Positions 9,886 to 18,493 of a stretch of 64,000 bases of DNA are shown piece after piece. The notes under the pieces were generated by a model. The model was not told where the DNA came from. It saw only the letters and a program-made list of their open reading frames with translations, and ran no database searches. A program made the translations under genes and the position numbers. Source of the stretch: Planctomycetota bacterium (lineage in GTDB: Bacteria > Planctomycetota > UBA1135 > UBA2386); the NCBI GenBank assembly GCA_046290465.1, contig JBKAGP010000001.1, positions 576,001-640,000 on the forward strand, written 5' to 3'. Numbering within the stretch: position 1 is the first letter of the stretch; each line of letters begins with the position of its first letter.

Positions 9886-11223
9886 GTGAGCATCTTCAAG
9901 GCCTACGACATTCGCGGCACCTACCCCGACCAGATCGACGCGAACAACGCGTTCCGCATCGGCGCGGCGATGGTGCAGTTCCTCGGTGCCCGGCGACTCG
10001 TGGTCGGCCGCGACATGCGGACGATGGCGCCCGAGATCCAGGACGCGGTCATCGAGGGCATGATGTCGCAGGGCTGCGACGTGGTCGACATCGGGCTCGC
10101 GTCGACGCCGATGGTCTACTACGCGATCGGCAAGATCGAATGCGACGGCGGCATGGCGGTGACCGCGTCGCACAACCCCAAGCAGTACATCGGCTTCAAG
10201 ATGTGCCGCGGCGAGGCGCGGCCGCTGTCGGGCGACAGCGGCATCAAGGACATCCAGCAGCTGGTCGAGAGCGGCGACCTCGAGCCGAAGGCCGACAAGG
10301 GCAAGCGTGAGCAGGTCGACCTGATGGACGACTGGTGCGCGCACATCGCCGGCTTCGCCAGGCACGTCGCGCCGATGAAGGTCTGCGTCGACTACGCCAA
10401 CGGCATGGGCGCCAACGAGTCGCCCGACATCTTCTCGCGCATCGAGGGCCTCGAGGTCGTGCCGATGTACGACGAACTCGACGGCACGTTCCCGAACCAC
10501 GAAGCCAACCCGTTGAAGGAGTCGAATCTCGACGTGCTGCGCGACGCCGTCAAGAAGCACGGCGCGACCATGGGGCTGTCGTTCGACGGCGACGCCGACC
10601 GCTGTGCGTTCGTCGACGAAGCGGGGCGCACCGTGCACGCGGACCTGATCACCGTGATCCTGGCGCGTGGCTTCCTCGAGCGGCATCCGGGCAAGGGCAT
10701 CATCTACGACCTGCGCTCGAGCAAGGTCGTGCCCGAAGAGGTGACGCGGCTCGGTGGCCGGCCGGTGCGCGAACGCGTCGGGCACTCGTTCATGAAGGAG
10801 ACCATGCGCAAGGAGGACTGCATCGGCGGCGGTGAGCTGTCGGGGCACTTCTACTTTGCCGAGAACTTCTTCACCGATTGCGGCGTGCTCGCCGCGATCG
10901 AGGTGATGAACCAGCTCAGCAAGGAGGGCAAGTCGCTGAAGGTGGCCGCCGACGAGCTGCGCAAGTACCACGGCACCGGCGAGATCAACTTCAAGGTCGA
11001 GGACAAGGCCGGCAAGATGAAGGAGGTCGAGCAGCGCTTCGCGGACGGCAAGATCGACTTCCTCGACGGCATCACGGTGACGTACGACGACTGGTGGGCG
11101 AACGTGCGCCCGTCGAACACCGAGCCGTTCCTGCGCATGTGCCTCGAGGCGGACACGCGGGAGCTGATGGAGCAGAAGCGCGCCGAGCTGTTCGAGGTGC
11201 TGGGCACGCCGGTCGACCACTAG
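9886..11223 (+). CDS. manB: Phosphomannomutase/phosphoglucomutase
   Basis: IFKAYDIRG, active-site VTASHNP, metal-binding FDGDADR, GGELSGH, RPSNTEP. Confidence 0.9.
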   Translation: MSIFKAYDIRGTYPDQIDANNAFRIGAAMVQFLGARRLVVGRDMRTMAPEIQDAVIEGMMSQGCDVVDIGLASTPMVYYAIGKIECDGGMAVTASHNPKQYIGFKMCRGEARPLSGDSGIKDIQQLVESGDLEPKADKGKREQVDLMDDWCAHIAGFARHVAPMKVCVDYANGMGANESPDIFSRIEGLEVVPMYDELDGTFPNHEANPLKESNLDVLRDAVKKHGATMGLSFDGDADRCAFVDEAGRTVHADLITVILARGFLERHPGKGIIYDLRSSKVVPEEVTRLGGRPVRERVGHSFMKETMRKEDCIGGGELSGHFYFAENFFTDCGVLAAIEVMNQLSKEGKSLKVAADELRKYHGTGEINFKVEDKAGKMKEVEQRFADGKIDFLDGITVTYDDWWANVRPSNTEPFLRMCLEADTRELMEQKRAELFEVLGTPVDH

Positions 11224-11386
11224 GGTAGTGCGTCCGATACAAGGGGCATGCTGCGGGCCCGAGGACGCCCGTCGCTGCGTTGCTACTCCTCGGCAGGATG
11301 TTTGGAACATGCAGTCGGCGCAGCGCCTTGCGACGAACGCCCTCGCATCCCGGATCATGCCCCATCTACCAGACGCACTACACTAG
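11220..11386. mobile_element. MITE-like element (167 bp) with terminal inverted repeats and CTAG ends
   Basis: Left CTAGGGTAGTGCGTCCGAT versus reverse complement of the right end CTAGTGTAGTGCGTCTGGT (16/19); nested internal IRs ggggcatg/catgcccc and cgaggacgcccgtcgc/gcgacgaacgccctcg; no coding capacity. Confidence 0.7.
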
Positions 11387-11390
11387 GGTC

Positions 11391-12641
11391 GTGCATCCGC
11401 CGGCTCGCGAGCCCCGATGGTGGCGGCTGGGCGCGTTCGCGCTGCTGCTGCTCGGCGTGGCGGTGCGCGGCGGCGCCTGGCTGCTCGACCCGGTGCTGCC
11501 GTTCGAGGACGGCACGCTGCTGTTCGCGCGCAGCTACGCCGAACCGCGGCTGTCGGACTGGTTCGCGCCCTATGCCGGCTACGTGCCGGTCGGCAGCAAC
11601 GTCGCCGCGTGGTGCGCGTGCCGGCTGCCGACGGCCGCGATCCCGCACGCGTTCGTGGGGCTGGCGATGCTGCTGCACACGGCCGCTGCGTGCAGCGTGC
11701 TGCACCCTGGCTGGCAGCTGCTGGGTCGGTTCCGGCTGCGGCTGCTGCTGGCCGCCGTCGTGGCCTGGGTGCCCTGGTCGAGCGTGCTGGTGCCGACGAC
11801 GCTCAGCTACGTGCAGTGGAGCATGCTGTGGTGGCTCGTGGTGGTGTTGCTGCGGCCGTGCGGGGGCACGCGCATGGCGCGCCTGCGGCACGGGCTCGCG
11901 GTGGCGATGCTGGTGCTCTGGCACCCGCTCGCGCTGACGCTGGCGCCGCTGCTGGCGCTGCCGGCGGTTCGCCGAGGCCGCGCGGCGGTGCTGCTCGGCT
12001 TCGTGGCGGCGCTCGTCGGCTACTGGGTCCTGCGGCAGATGGTCGTCACCGAGGTGCCCGCGGTGCAGGCCGAACGGCTGGCGCTGGTACCGACGACCTG
12101 GCTCGGTCGCGTCATGCTCGAGGCGTTCGCCGGCTACGAACTGCGGCCGTGGCTGCTCGCACAGCTCGGCACGTGGTCGGTGTCGGCGGCCGGCCTGCTG
12201 TTGGCGATGGGCTGGCTGGCGCTGGTCCTGCGGGCGAGGCGGCGATGGTCGGAGCCCGTGCAGGCGTTCGCGGTCGGGGTCGTCTGGGTCGGGGTGGTGG
12301 CGCTCGCGGTTGCCGCGATGCGGCGCGACCAGTTCGATCCCGACGGCGACGGATCGGTGCGCTACTTCGCGCTCGGCCGGCTCGGCCTGCAGACGCTGGC
12401 GATCCTGGCGCTCGGCACGCTCGCGTCATGGCGGTGGGCGGCCGGGCTCGGCGCGCTGGTGCTGGTCGTGCCGTGGCTCGACGGGATCGCGCGCCAGGCC
12501 GTTCCCGCAGGCGGTGCTGCCGCGATGCGGTCGTTCGTCACCGAACTGCAGGCGCAGGAGCTGCGCCGCGGCGGCCGCCGCTGGATCCGCGCGCGCCTGG
12601 TCCAGGACAACGGCTGGGTGATCCTGATCCGTCCGCGTTGA
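11391..12641 (+). CDS. Polytopic membrane protein, possibly GT-C-like glycosyltransferase
   Basis: About 10-11 hydrophobic segments; N-terminal loop EDGTLLF...FAPYAGY and a late RY motif resemble GT-C-type membrane proteins; start uncertain. Confidence 0.55.
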   Translation: MHPPAREPRWWRLGAFALLLLGVAVRGGAWLLDPVLPFEDGTLLFARSYAEPRLSDWFAPYAGYVPVGSNVAAWCACRLPTAAIPHAFVGLAMLLHTAAACSVLHPGWQLLGRFRLRLLLAAVVAWVPWSSVLVPTTLSYVQWSMLWWLVVVLLRPCGGTRMARLRHGLAVAMLVLWHPLALTLAPLLALPAVRRGRAAVLLGFVAALVGYWVLRQMVVTEVPAVQAERLALVPTTWLGRVMLEAFAGYELRPWLLAQLGTWSVSAAGLLLAMGWLALVLRARRRWSEPVQAFAVGVVWVGVVALAVAAMRRDQFDPDGDGSVRYFALGRLGLQTLAILALGTLASWRWAAGLGALVLVVPWLDGIARQAVPAGGAAAMRSFVTELQAQELRRGGRRWIRARLVQDNGWVILIRPR

Positions 12642-12674
12642 CGACGAACGTGCGATGGTGTCCGCTGCCCCGGC

Positions 12675-13439
12675 ATGTTCGCGCGTCCCTCCGGCATCGT
12701 CTCGCTGACCACCGACTTCGGTCCGGCCGACCCCTACGTCGGGATCATGAAGGGCGCCTTGCTGCGCGCGTCGAACAAGGTCCAGGTCGTCGATCTCGGC
12801 CACGGCGTCGCCGCCCAGGATGTCGCTGCGGGCGCGTTCCAGCTGTGGTCGGCGATCGGTCGCTTCCCCGACGGAACGGTCCAGGTGGGGGTCGTCGACC
12901 CCGGCGTCGGGACCGCACGCCGCGTCGTCGGCGCGGCGGCGCACGGCCAGTACTGGCTCGCGCCGGACAACGGGCTGCTCGGCGCGGTGCTGGCGTCGGA
13001 CCCGGCCGCCGAGGTCCGCGAACTCGACCTCGAGCACCTGCGCGTGCAGCGGCAGGCGCGCACGTTCGACGGCCGCGACGTGTTTGCGCCGGTCGCCGCG
13101 TTCCTCGCGACCGGCCGCTACGGCTTCTCGGCGCTCGGCCCGCGGGTGCAGGACATGGACGCCGACGACCCGGTGTTCGGCGGCGCCGACCGGGTCGTGC
13201 ACGTCGACCACTACGGCAACCTGATCACCAACGTCCCTGCCGACCGCTGCCGCGACGCGCGCATCGAGGTCGGCGGCCGCACGATCGCGCTGCAGGCGAC
13301 CTACGGCGACGTCGCCGAGGGCGAACTGCTCGCCTACGTCGGCTCGTTCGGGCTGCTGGAGGTCGCCGCGCGGGACGGCTCGGCGGCAACGGTGCTCGGA
13401 ATCGGGCGCGGTGCGCCGGTCGCCCTGGCCAACCCGTAA
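12675..13439 (+). CDS. SAM hydroxide adenosyltransferase / chlorinase-fluorinase family (DUF62)
   Basis: LTTDFG..D.YVG.MKG, VVDPGVGT.R, APDNGLL, TFDGRDVFAP, DHYGNLITN, GS.GLLEVA. Confidence 0.92.
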   Translation: MFARPSGIVSLTTDFGPADPYVGIMKGALLRASNKVQVVDLGHGVAAQDVAAGAFQLWSAIGRFPDGTVQVGVVDPGVGTARRVVGAAAHGQYWLAPDNGLLGAVLASDPAAEVRELDLEHLRVQRQARTFDGRDVFAPVAAFLATGRYGFSALGPRVQDMDADDPVFGGADRVVHVDHYGNLITNVPADRCRDARIEVGGRTIALQATYGDVAEGELLAYVGSFGLLEVAARDGSAATVLGIGRGAPVALANP

Positions 13440-13473
13440 GATTTGGCCAATCCGTAAGATCCTTCGCCTACCA

Positions 13474-14406
13474 ATGACTGCTACCCAACCTGACCAGAAG
13501 CCGACGCTCCGCCTGGTGGGCGTGCCGATGGACCTCGGCGCCGGCCGCCGCGGTGTCGACATGGGCCCGTCCGCGATCCGCATCGCTGGCGTGACCGCTG
13601 CCTTGCGCAAGCTCGGCTACCACATCGAGGACGACGGCGACGTCGGCGTGCCGGCACCGGAGACGCGCGAGCCCGGCGACGAGAGCGCGCGCTACCTCGA
13701 ACCGATCTACCACGTCTGCAACCGGCTGCGCCTGCGCGTGCGGCGCGCGCTCGACCAGGGCGACGTGCCGGTCGTGCTCGGCGGCGACCACAGCATCGCG
13801 ATCGGCACGGTGTCCGGGGTCAGCGAGCACTTCCACGACAAGGGCGAGAAGATCGGCCTGATCTGGGTCGACGCGCACGGTGACATGAACACGCCGGACA
13901 GTTCGCCGACCGGCAACATCCACGGCATGCCGCTGGCGACGCTGCTCGGCATCGGCCACCCGCGGCTGGTCGAGATGGGCGGGTTCTCCCCGAAGGTGCA
14001 GAAGGAGCACGTCTGCCTGATCGGCATCCGCGACATCGACGACACCGAGCGCCGCATCATCCGCGAATCGGGCATCCACGCCTACACGATGCGCGACGTC
14101 GACGAGCGCGGCATGCGCGCGATCATGGCCGAGGCGATCGGCTACGCGACCGACGGCACCGCCGGCTTCCACGTGTCGTTCGACCTCGACGGCATGGACC
14201 CGCGCGACGTGCCGGGCACCGGCACGCCGGTCAAGGGCGGCATCAGCTGGCGCGAAGCCAACCTGCTGATGGAGATGGTCAGCGACACCGGCAAGATGCG
14301 CAGCCTCGAGGTGACCGAGCTGAACCCGATCCTCGACGTGCGCAACCAGTCCGGCGAGGTCGCCGTCGACGTGATCAGCAGCGCGTTCGGCAAGCGGATC
14401 CTGTAG
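13474..14406 (+). CDS. rocF: Arginase
   Basis: GAGRRGVDMGP, GGDHSIA, DAHGDMN, GNIHGMP, SFDLDGMDP, GTGTPV.GG, ELNP. Confidence 0.95.
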   Translation: MTATQPDQKPTLRLVGVPMDLGAGRRGVDMGPSAIRIAGVTAALRKLGYHIEDDGDVGVPAPETREPGDESARYLEPIYHVCNRLRLRVRRALDQGDVPVVLGGDHSIAIGTVSGVSEHFHDKGEKIGLIWVDAHGDMNTPDSSPTGNIHGMPLATLLGIGHPRLVEMGGFSPKVQKEHVCLIGIRDIDDTERRIIRESGIHAYTMRDVDERGMRAIMAEAIGYATDGTAGFHVSFDLDGMDPRDVPGTGTPVKGGISWREANLLMEMVSDTGKMRSLEVTELNPILDVRNQSGEVAVDVISSAFGKRIL

Positions 14407-14441
14407 CCGGGGGCGCGGCTTTCCTGGCCGCGCGGAGGACT

Positions 14442-14490
14442 GGCTACGGAGCCCAGGCTACGGAAGCCCAGGCTACGGAAGCCCAGGCTG
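14442..14490. repeat. Intergenic tandem repeat, 3 x 14-15 bp, between convergent genes
   Basis: ggctacggagccca / ggctacggaagccca / ggctacggaagccca / ggctg. Confidence 0.8.
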
Positions 14491-14517
14491 CTGATCCCCG
14501 CTGCGAACGGACCCGCG

Positions 14518-15654
14518 CTACCAGTCGATGCCGAACGTCACGTCGGCGTAGAAGCCCTGGTCAAGCGCGCCCTCGGCCGGGTCGAACGACGCCGCGCCGG
14601 TGGTCAGGAAGTAGTCGCCGGCGACGACCGCACCGCCGCGAACGTTCAGCGAGAAGTGGTCGGTGAACCGCTGGGTCAGGCCCGCGTAGACGATCACTTC
14701 CTGGATCTGCAGGTTGGCGCGCTGCTTGCCGGTGCCCGACGACGACCGCACGCGGTACTGCGCACCCTGGACCTGTGCACCGAGCGCGATCGCGGTGCTG
14801 CCCGACGGCCACCACGACAGCTCGACGTACTCGGGCGCCATCAGGTCGATGCGCACACCTTCGACGACCTCCCAGCTGAAGCCCAGCCAGGGCAGCCACG
14901 GGGCGTCCTCGTAGACCTGGTTGTAGCGGGCGCCGAGCTTCCAGAAGAAGTTGTCGGTCGCCTGGATCGTGAACATGGCCGACGACGGGAAGTCGTAGTC
15001 CTTGTGCGTCAGCGTGCCGTCGAGGTCCGAGTAGACCCCGGGGTTGGTCTCCATCTCGAACAGCACGTTGTCGGCGACGAACACGCCGAAGCCGAGCCGC
15101 GCGCCGGCGGCGGTCAGCGTCTGGTCGCCCCAGTTGCCTTCCGAGTTGATGCCCGGGTTGTTGGCCGAGCCGAACGGCGTCGTGGTGCTGTAGTGGCGGC
15201 CGTACTGGTAGAGGCCGAAGAGCAGGTACGAGTCCGGGTAGATGACCACCGGGAACTCGACGTCGAAGTCGTAGCCGAACAGGTCGAAGCTGCCGGGTTC
15301 GCCGTTGATGCGCTGGTTGGGCATCCAGCGCGCGCGCAGCTCGAGCGCCGGATCGTAGCGTTCGCGGCGGTCCATGAACTCACCGTGCGCCTCGCGGAAC
15401 AGCGTCGACACCGAGTAGTCGGCGCGACCGTCGTCCTGCCAGGAGCGAGCGCCGAACGCCGGCACGTCGATGCGATCACGCGCTTCGTCGTTCGGGTCGG
15501 TGGGAGCCGAGCCGAGGCTCGTGCCGACCTGCCGACCGATCCCCGCGAAGGGATCGGTGCTGCTGGTAGCGATAGAAGACGCTGGTGCCTGTGCGAACGC
15601 CGAAGCGACGCCGAGGCCCGCAGCGAGAACGACCCGTGCAATTTGGTTGCGCAT
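14518..15654 (-). CDS. Outer-membrane beta-barrel protein (DUF6268-like)
   Basis: Signal peptide MRNQIARVVLAAGLGVASAFA; alternating amphipathic strands; PWLPWLGFSW; C-terminal aromatic beta-signal VTFGIDW. Confidence 0.7.
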   Translation of the reverse strand: MRNQIARVVLAAGLGVASAFAQAPASSIATSSTDPFAGIGRQVGTSLGSAPTDPNDEARDRIDVPAFGARSWQDDGRADYSVSTLFREAHGEFMDRRERYDPALELRARWMPNQRINGEPGSFDLFGYDFDVEFPVVIYPDSYLLFGLYQYGRHYSTTTPFGSANNPGINSEGNWGDQTLTAAGARLGFGVFVADNVLFEMETNPGVYSDLDGTLTHKDYDFPSSAMFTIQATDNFFWKLGARYNQVYEDAPWLPWLGFSWEVVEGVRIDLMAPEYVELSWWPSGSTAIALGAQVQGAQYRVRSSSGTGKQRANLQIQEVIVYAGLTQRFTDHFSLNVRGGAVVAGDYFLTTGAASFDPAEGALDQGFYADVTFGIDW

Positions 15655-15821
15655 ACGCCCTGTCTGACCGTGGTTTGACCGATCCACGATCGTGACGACG
15701 GCAACATCGGATTCAAGAGCGAAGGCGCGGCTTCTTCGGCACCGATCTGCATCGCCGGTGTTGGCGTTCGTGGACAGTTTCCCACAACGCTCGGTGGATC
15801 GCGCGAGCGTGCGTCGCCGCC

Positions 15822-17006
15822 TCAGCGTTGGAAGATCGGCAGGTACTGCCGCGGCATCTGCAGCAGGATGCACGCCATCGCCGTTCCCATCTCGTCGCCG
15901 GGACCGACGCGGTTGCGCCAGCGACCGTCGGCTGCCTGCGCGTCGAGCAGGTCGCGCGCCAGCCGGGCATAGAACGCGCGCAGGCGCGGGCCGCCGAACT
16001 GGTAGAAGGCCTGCGCCGCGTAGTAGTTGCCGTACCAGTAGTAGAAGTGGTCCCGGTAGTAGCCGCCCGCGACGTTCGCGTACTGCTTCTCGAGGAACGA
16101 CAGCACCGGGTCGCTGAGCTCGTCGTCGTGCACGCCGGCGCTGGCCAGCGCCGTCATCGCGGCGGCGTTGATCGCGTACTGCTGGGACTTCTGGTACTGG
16201 CCGCGTCCGTAGATCTTGTAGTAGTACAGGCCGCGGTCGTAGCCGTTCTGCACCCGGCTCTTGCTCACGTAGCCCATCGCGCGGTCGATGGTTTCGCTCG
16301 GCACGCGGATGCCGATGTTGCGCGCGGCGCGCAGCGCCTGCAGCTGGCAGACCGTCACCGACAGGTCGAGCTCGCGGTCGAACGCGTTGTAGCGCCAGCC
16401 GCCGTGCTGGTTCTGGCAGTCGACGATCAGGTTGACCGCCTTCTCGAGCGTGACCTTGGCGCGCTCGTTGGCGGCCATGCCGTAGACCTCCGCGAGGAAC
16501 AGCGTGCCGAACGCGTGGCTGTACATCCGCGTGCCGGCGGCGCTCAGCAGGCCCGACTGCTGCGAGCGGGTGATCACGAAGTCCTCGGCGCGCTTGATCA
16601 CGTCCTGGTAGCGGCCGCGGTCCGGCAGGTGGCCACCGGCGAGGAACGCCATGCCGCAGATCGCGGTGACGCCGAGGTGGCCCTCGCCCTTGCTGCGCTG
16701 CGCGTCGGGCAGCAGCGCGTTGTCGAGCAGCTGGTAGTTGTCCTGCTGCTTGTGGCCGACATAGCCGACCCAGGCGCCCGACGACAGCTGCTGCTTCTGC
16801 AGCCAGGCGAGGCCGCGGTCGGCGGCCTTGGCGCACTCGTCGGCCAGCTTGCGGTCGAACCAGGCCTCGTCGTCGACCTTGGTCTTTGGCTTTCCGGTGG
16901 CGCTGGTCGGGCCCTGCTCGAGCACGGCCTCGGGCTTCGGACTCTGCGGTGTCGGGCCTTGCGGCACCTGCGAGAGCAGAGCGGTCAGCGCGAGGAGCGT
17001 GAGCAT
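15822..17006 (-). CDS. Secreted prenyltransferase/squalene-oxidase repeat (alpha/alpha barrel) protein
   Basis: Signal peptide; QW-like repeats LQKQQLSSGAW, IVDCQNQHGGWRY, LLDAQAADGRW; MYSHAFGTLFLAE, DLSVT..QLQALRAA, YYAAQA. Confidence 0.85.
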   Translation of the reverse strand: MLTLLALTALLSQVPQGPTPQSPKPEAVLEQGPTSATGKPKTKVDDEAWFDRKLADECAKAADRGLAWLQKQQLSSGAWVGYVGHKQQDNYQLLDNALLPDAQRSKGEGHLGVTAICGMAFLAGGHLPDRGRYQDVIKRAEDFVITRSQQSGLLSAAGTRMYSHAFGTLFLAEVYGMAANERAKVTLEKAVNLIVDCQNQHGGWRYNAFDRELDLSVTVCQLQALRAARNIGIRVPSETIDRAMGYVSKSRVQNGYDRGLYYYKIYGRGQYQKSQQYAINAAAMTALASAGVHDDELSDPVLSFLEKQYANVAGGYYRDHFYYWYGNYYAAQAFYQFGGPRLRAFYARLARDLLDAQAADGRWRNRVGPGDEMGTAMACILLQMPRQYLPIFQR

Positions 17007-17098
17007 CGCCGCCGATTGTCCCCGGCCACCGCCGCGGTCGCCAGGGCCGAAACGCCTCCAGGTCGTATCTCCAGGACCGCGGCGGCCGGCGCGGTGGA

Positions 17099-18493
17099 TC
17101 AGGCCAACAGCTCGCGCACGACCTTGCCGTAGACGTCGGTCAGGCGCAGGTCGCGGCCGCCGAAGCGGTAGGTGAACCGTTCGTGGTCGATGCCGAGCTG
17201 CCACATCAGCGTCGCGTGCAGGTCGTGGATCGACATCGGGTTCTCCTCGGCCTTGTAGCCGTACTCGTCGGTTGCGCCGTAGCTGACGCCCGGTCGGAAG
17301 CCGCCGCCCGCCATCCACATCGTGAACCCGAACGGGTTGTGGTCGCGGCCGTCGCGCCCCTGCGCGAACGGCGTGCGGCCGAACTCACCGCCGAACAGCA
17401 CGATGGTCTCGTCGAGCAGGCCGCGCGCCTCGAGGTCGTAGAGCAGCGCGGCGATCGGCTGGTCGACCATCTTGCAGTTGCGGCCGAGCTTGGCCTTGAG
17501 GCCGCCGTGCTGGTCCCAGCGGTCGCTGCCGGTGTCGCCGCAGGTCAGTTCGACGAAGCGCACGCCGCGTTCGACCAGGCGCCGCGCCAGCAGGCACTGA
17601 CGGCCGTAGATGCGGGTCTGCTCGTAGTCCGAGTTCATCCCGTACATCTCGCGGGTCGCCGCCGACTCGCCGTCGACGCCGAGCAGGTCCGGCACCGCGG
17701 TCTGCATGCGGAACGCCAGCTCCTGGTTCCGGATCGCCGCTTCGAGCGCCGGATCGCTGCCGTGCTCGTCGAGGCCGAGTTCGTCGAGGGCGCGCGCCAG
17801 CGCCAGCTTGCGGCGCTGCCGTGCGTCGGACTCACGCGGCTTGATGTTGGCGACCGCGTCGCCGCGCATCGAGAACAGCGAACCCTGGCTGTGCGCCGGC
17901 AGGAAGCCCGAGTGGAAGTTGTCGACGCCGCCCGGCGGCACCAGGCCGCCGTTGAGCACGCAGAACGCCGGCAGGTCCTCGGCCTCGGTGCCGAGGCCGT
18001 AGCCGATCCAGGCGCCCATGCTCGGCCGGCCCTGCAGGCCGTGGCCGGTATGCAGGAAGTAGTTGGCGTTGGTGTGCTCGCTGAAGTCCGCGTACATCGA
18101 ACGCACGAAGGTCATCTTGTCGGCGACCTTCGCCATGTGCGGCAGCAGGTCGCTGATCCACTGGCCGCTGTCGCCGCGCTGGCGGAACTTCGCGCACGGG
18201 CCGAGCGTGTTGCCGCGGTCGTTGAACTGCGTCGGCTCCATCGGCAGCGCGAACTTCTTGCCGTCCTCGGCGACCAGCCGCGGCTTGTAGTCGAACAGGT
18301 CGTGGCAGCTCGGCGCACCGTCCATGTAGAGGAAGATCACCGAGCGCGCGCGCGGCGCGTGGTGGCGCACCAGGGCGCCGCCGTTCTGCTGGCGCTGCAG
18401 CAGGTCGGCGAACGGCAGCATCGCGAAGCCGTTGGCGGCCTGCCGGAGCAGCTCGCGACGGTTGGGACGGAACGTCTGTGGGCGGCGGCTCAT
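17099..18493 (-). CDS. DUF1501 family protein (Tat-exported)
   Basis: NRRELL Tat motif; HHAPRARSVIFLYM.G.PS..DLFDYKP, GRQCLLARRLVERGVRFVE, EFGRTP, GRDHNP, HDLHAT. Confidence 0.93.
   Translation of the reverse strand: MSRRPQTFRPNRRELLRQAANGFAMLPFADLLQRQQNGGALVRHHAPRARSVIFLYMDGAPSCHDLFDYKPRLVAEDGKKFALPMEPTQFNDRGNTLGPCAKFRQRGDSGQWISDLLPHMAKVADKMTFVRSMYADFSEHTNANYFLHTGHGLQGRPSMGAWIGYGLGTEAEDLPAFCVLNGGLVPPGGVDNFHSGFLPAHSQGSLFSMRGDAVANIKPRESDARQRRKLALARALDELGLDEHGSDPALEAAIRNQELAFRMQTAVPDLLGVDGESAATREMYGMNSDYEQTRIYGRQCLLARRLVERGVRFVELTCGDTGSDRWDQHGGLKAKLGRNCKMVDQPIAALLYDLEARGLLDETIVLFGGEFGRTPFAQGRDGRDHNPFGFTMWMAGGGFRPGVSYGATDEYGYKAEENPMSIHDLHATLMWQLGIDHERFTYRFGGRDLRLTDVYGKVVRELLA

Noticed and set aside
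12675..13439. Fluorinase/chlorinase indicating halometabolite synthesis
   Set aside because: The motifs fit the common DUF62 SAM hydrolase branch, and there is no biosynthetic context.
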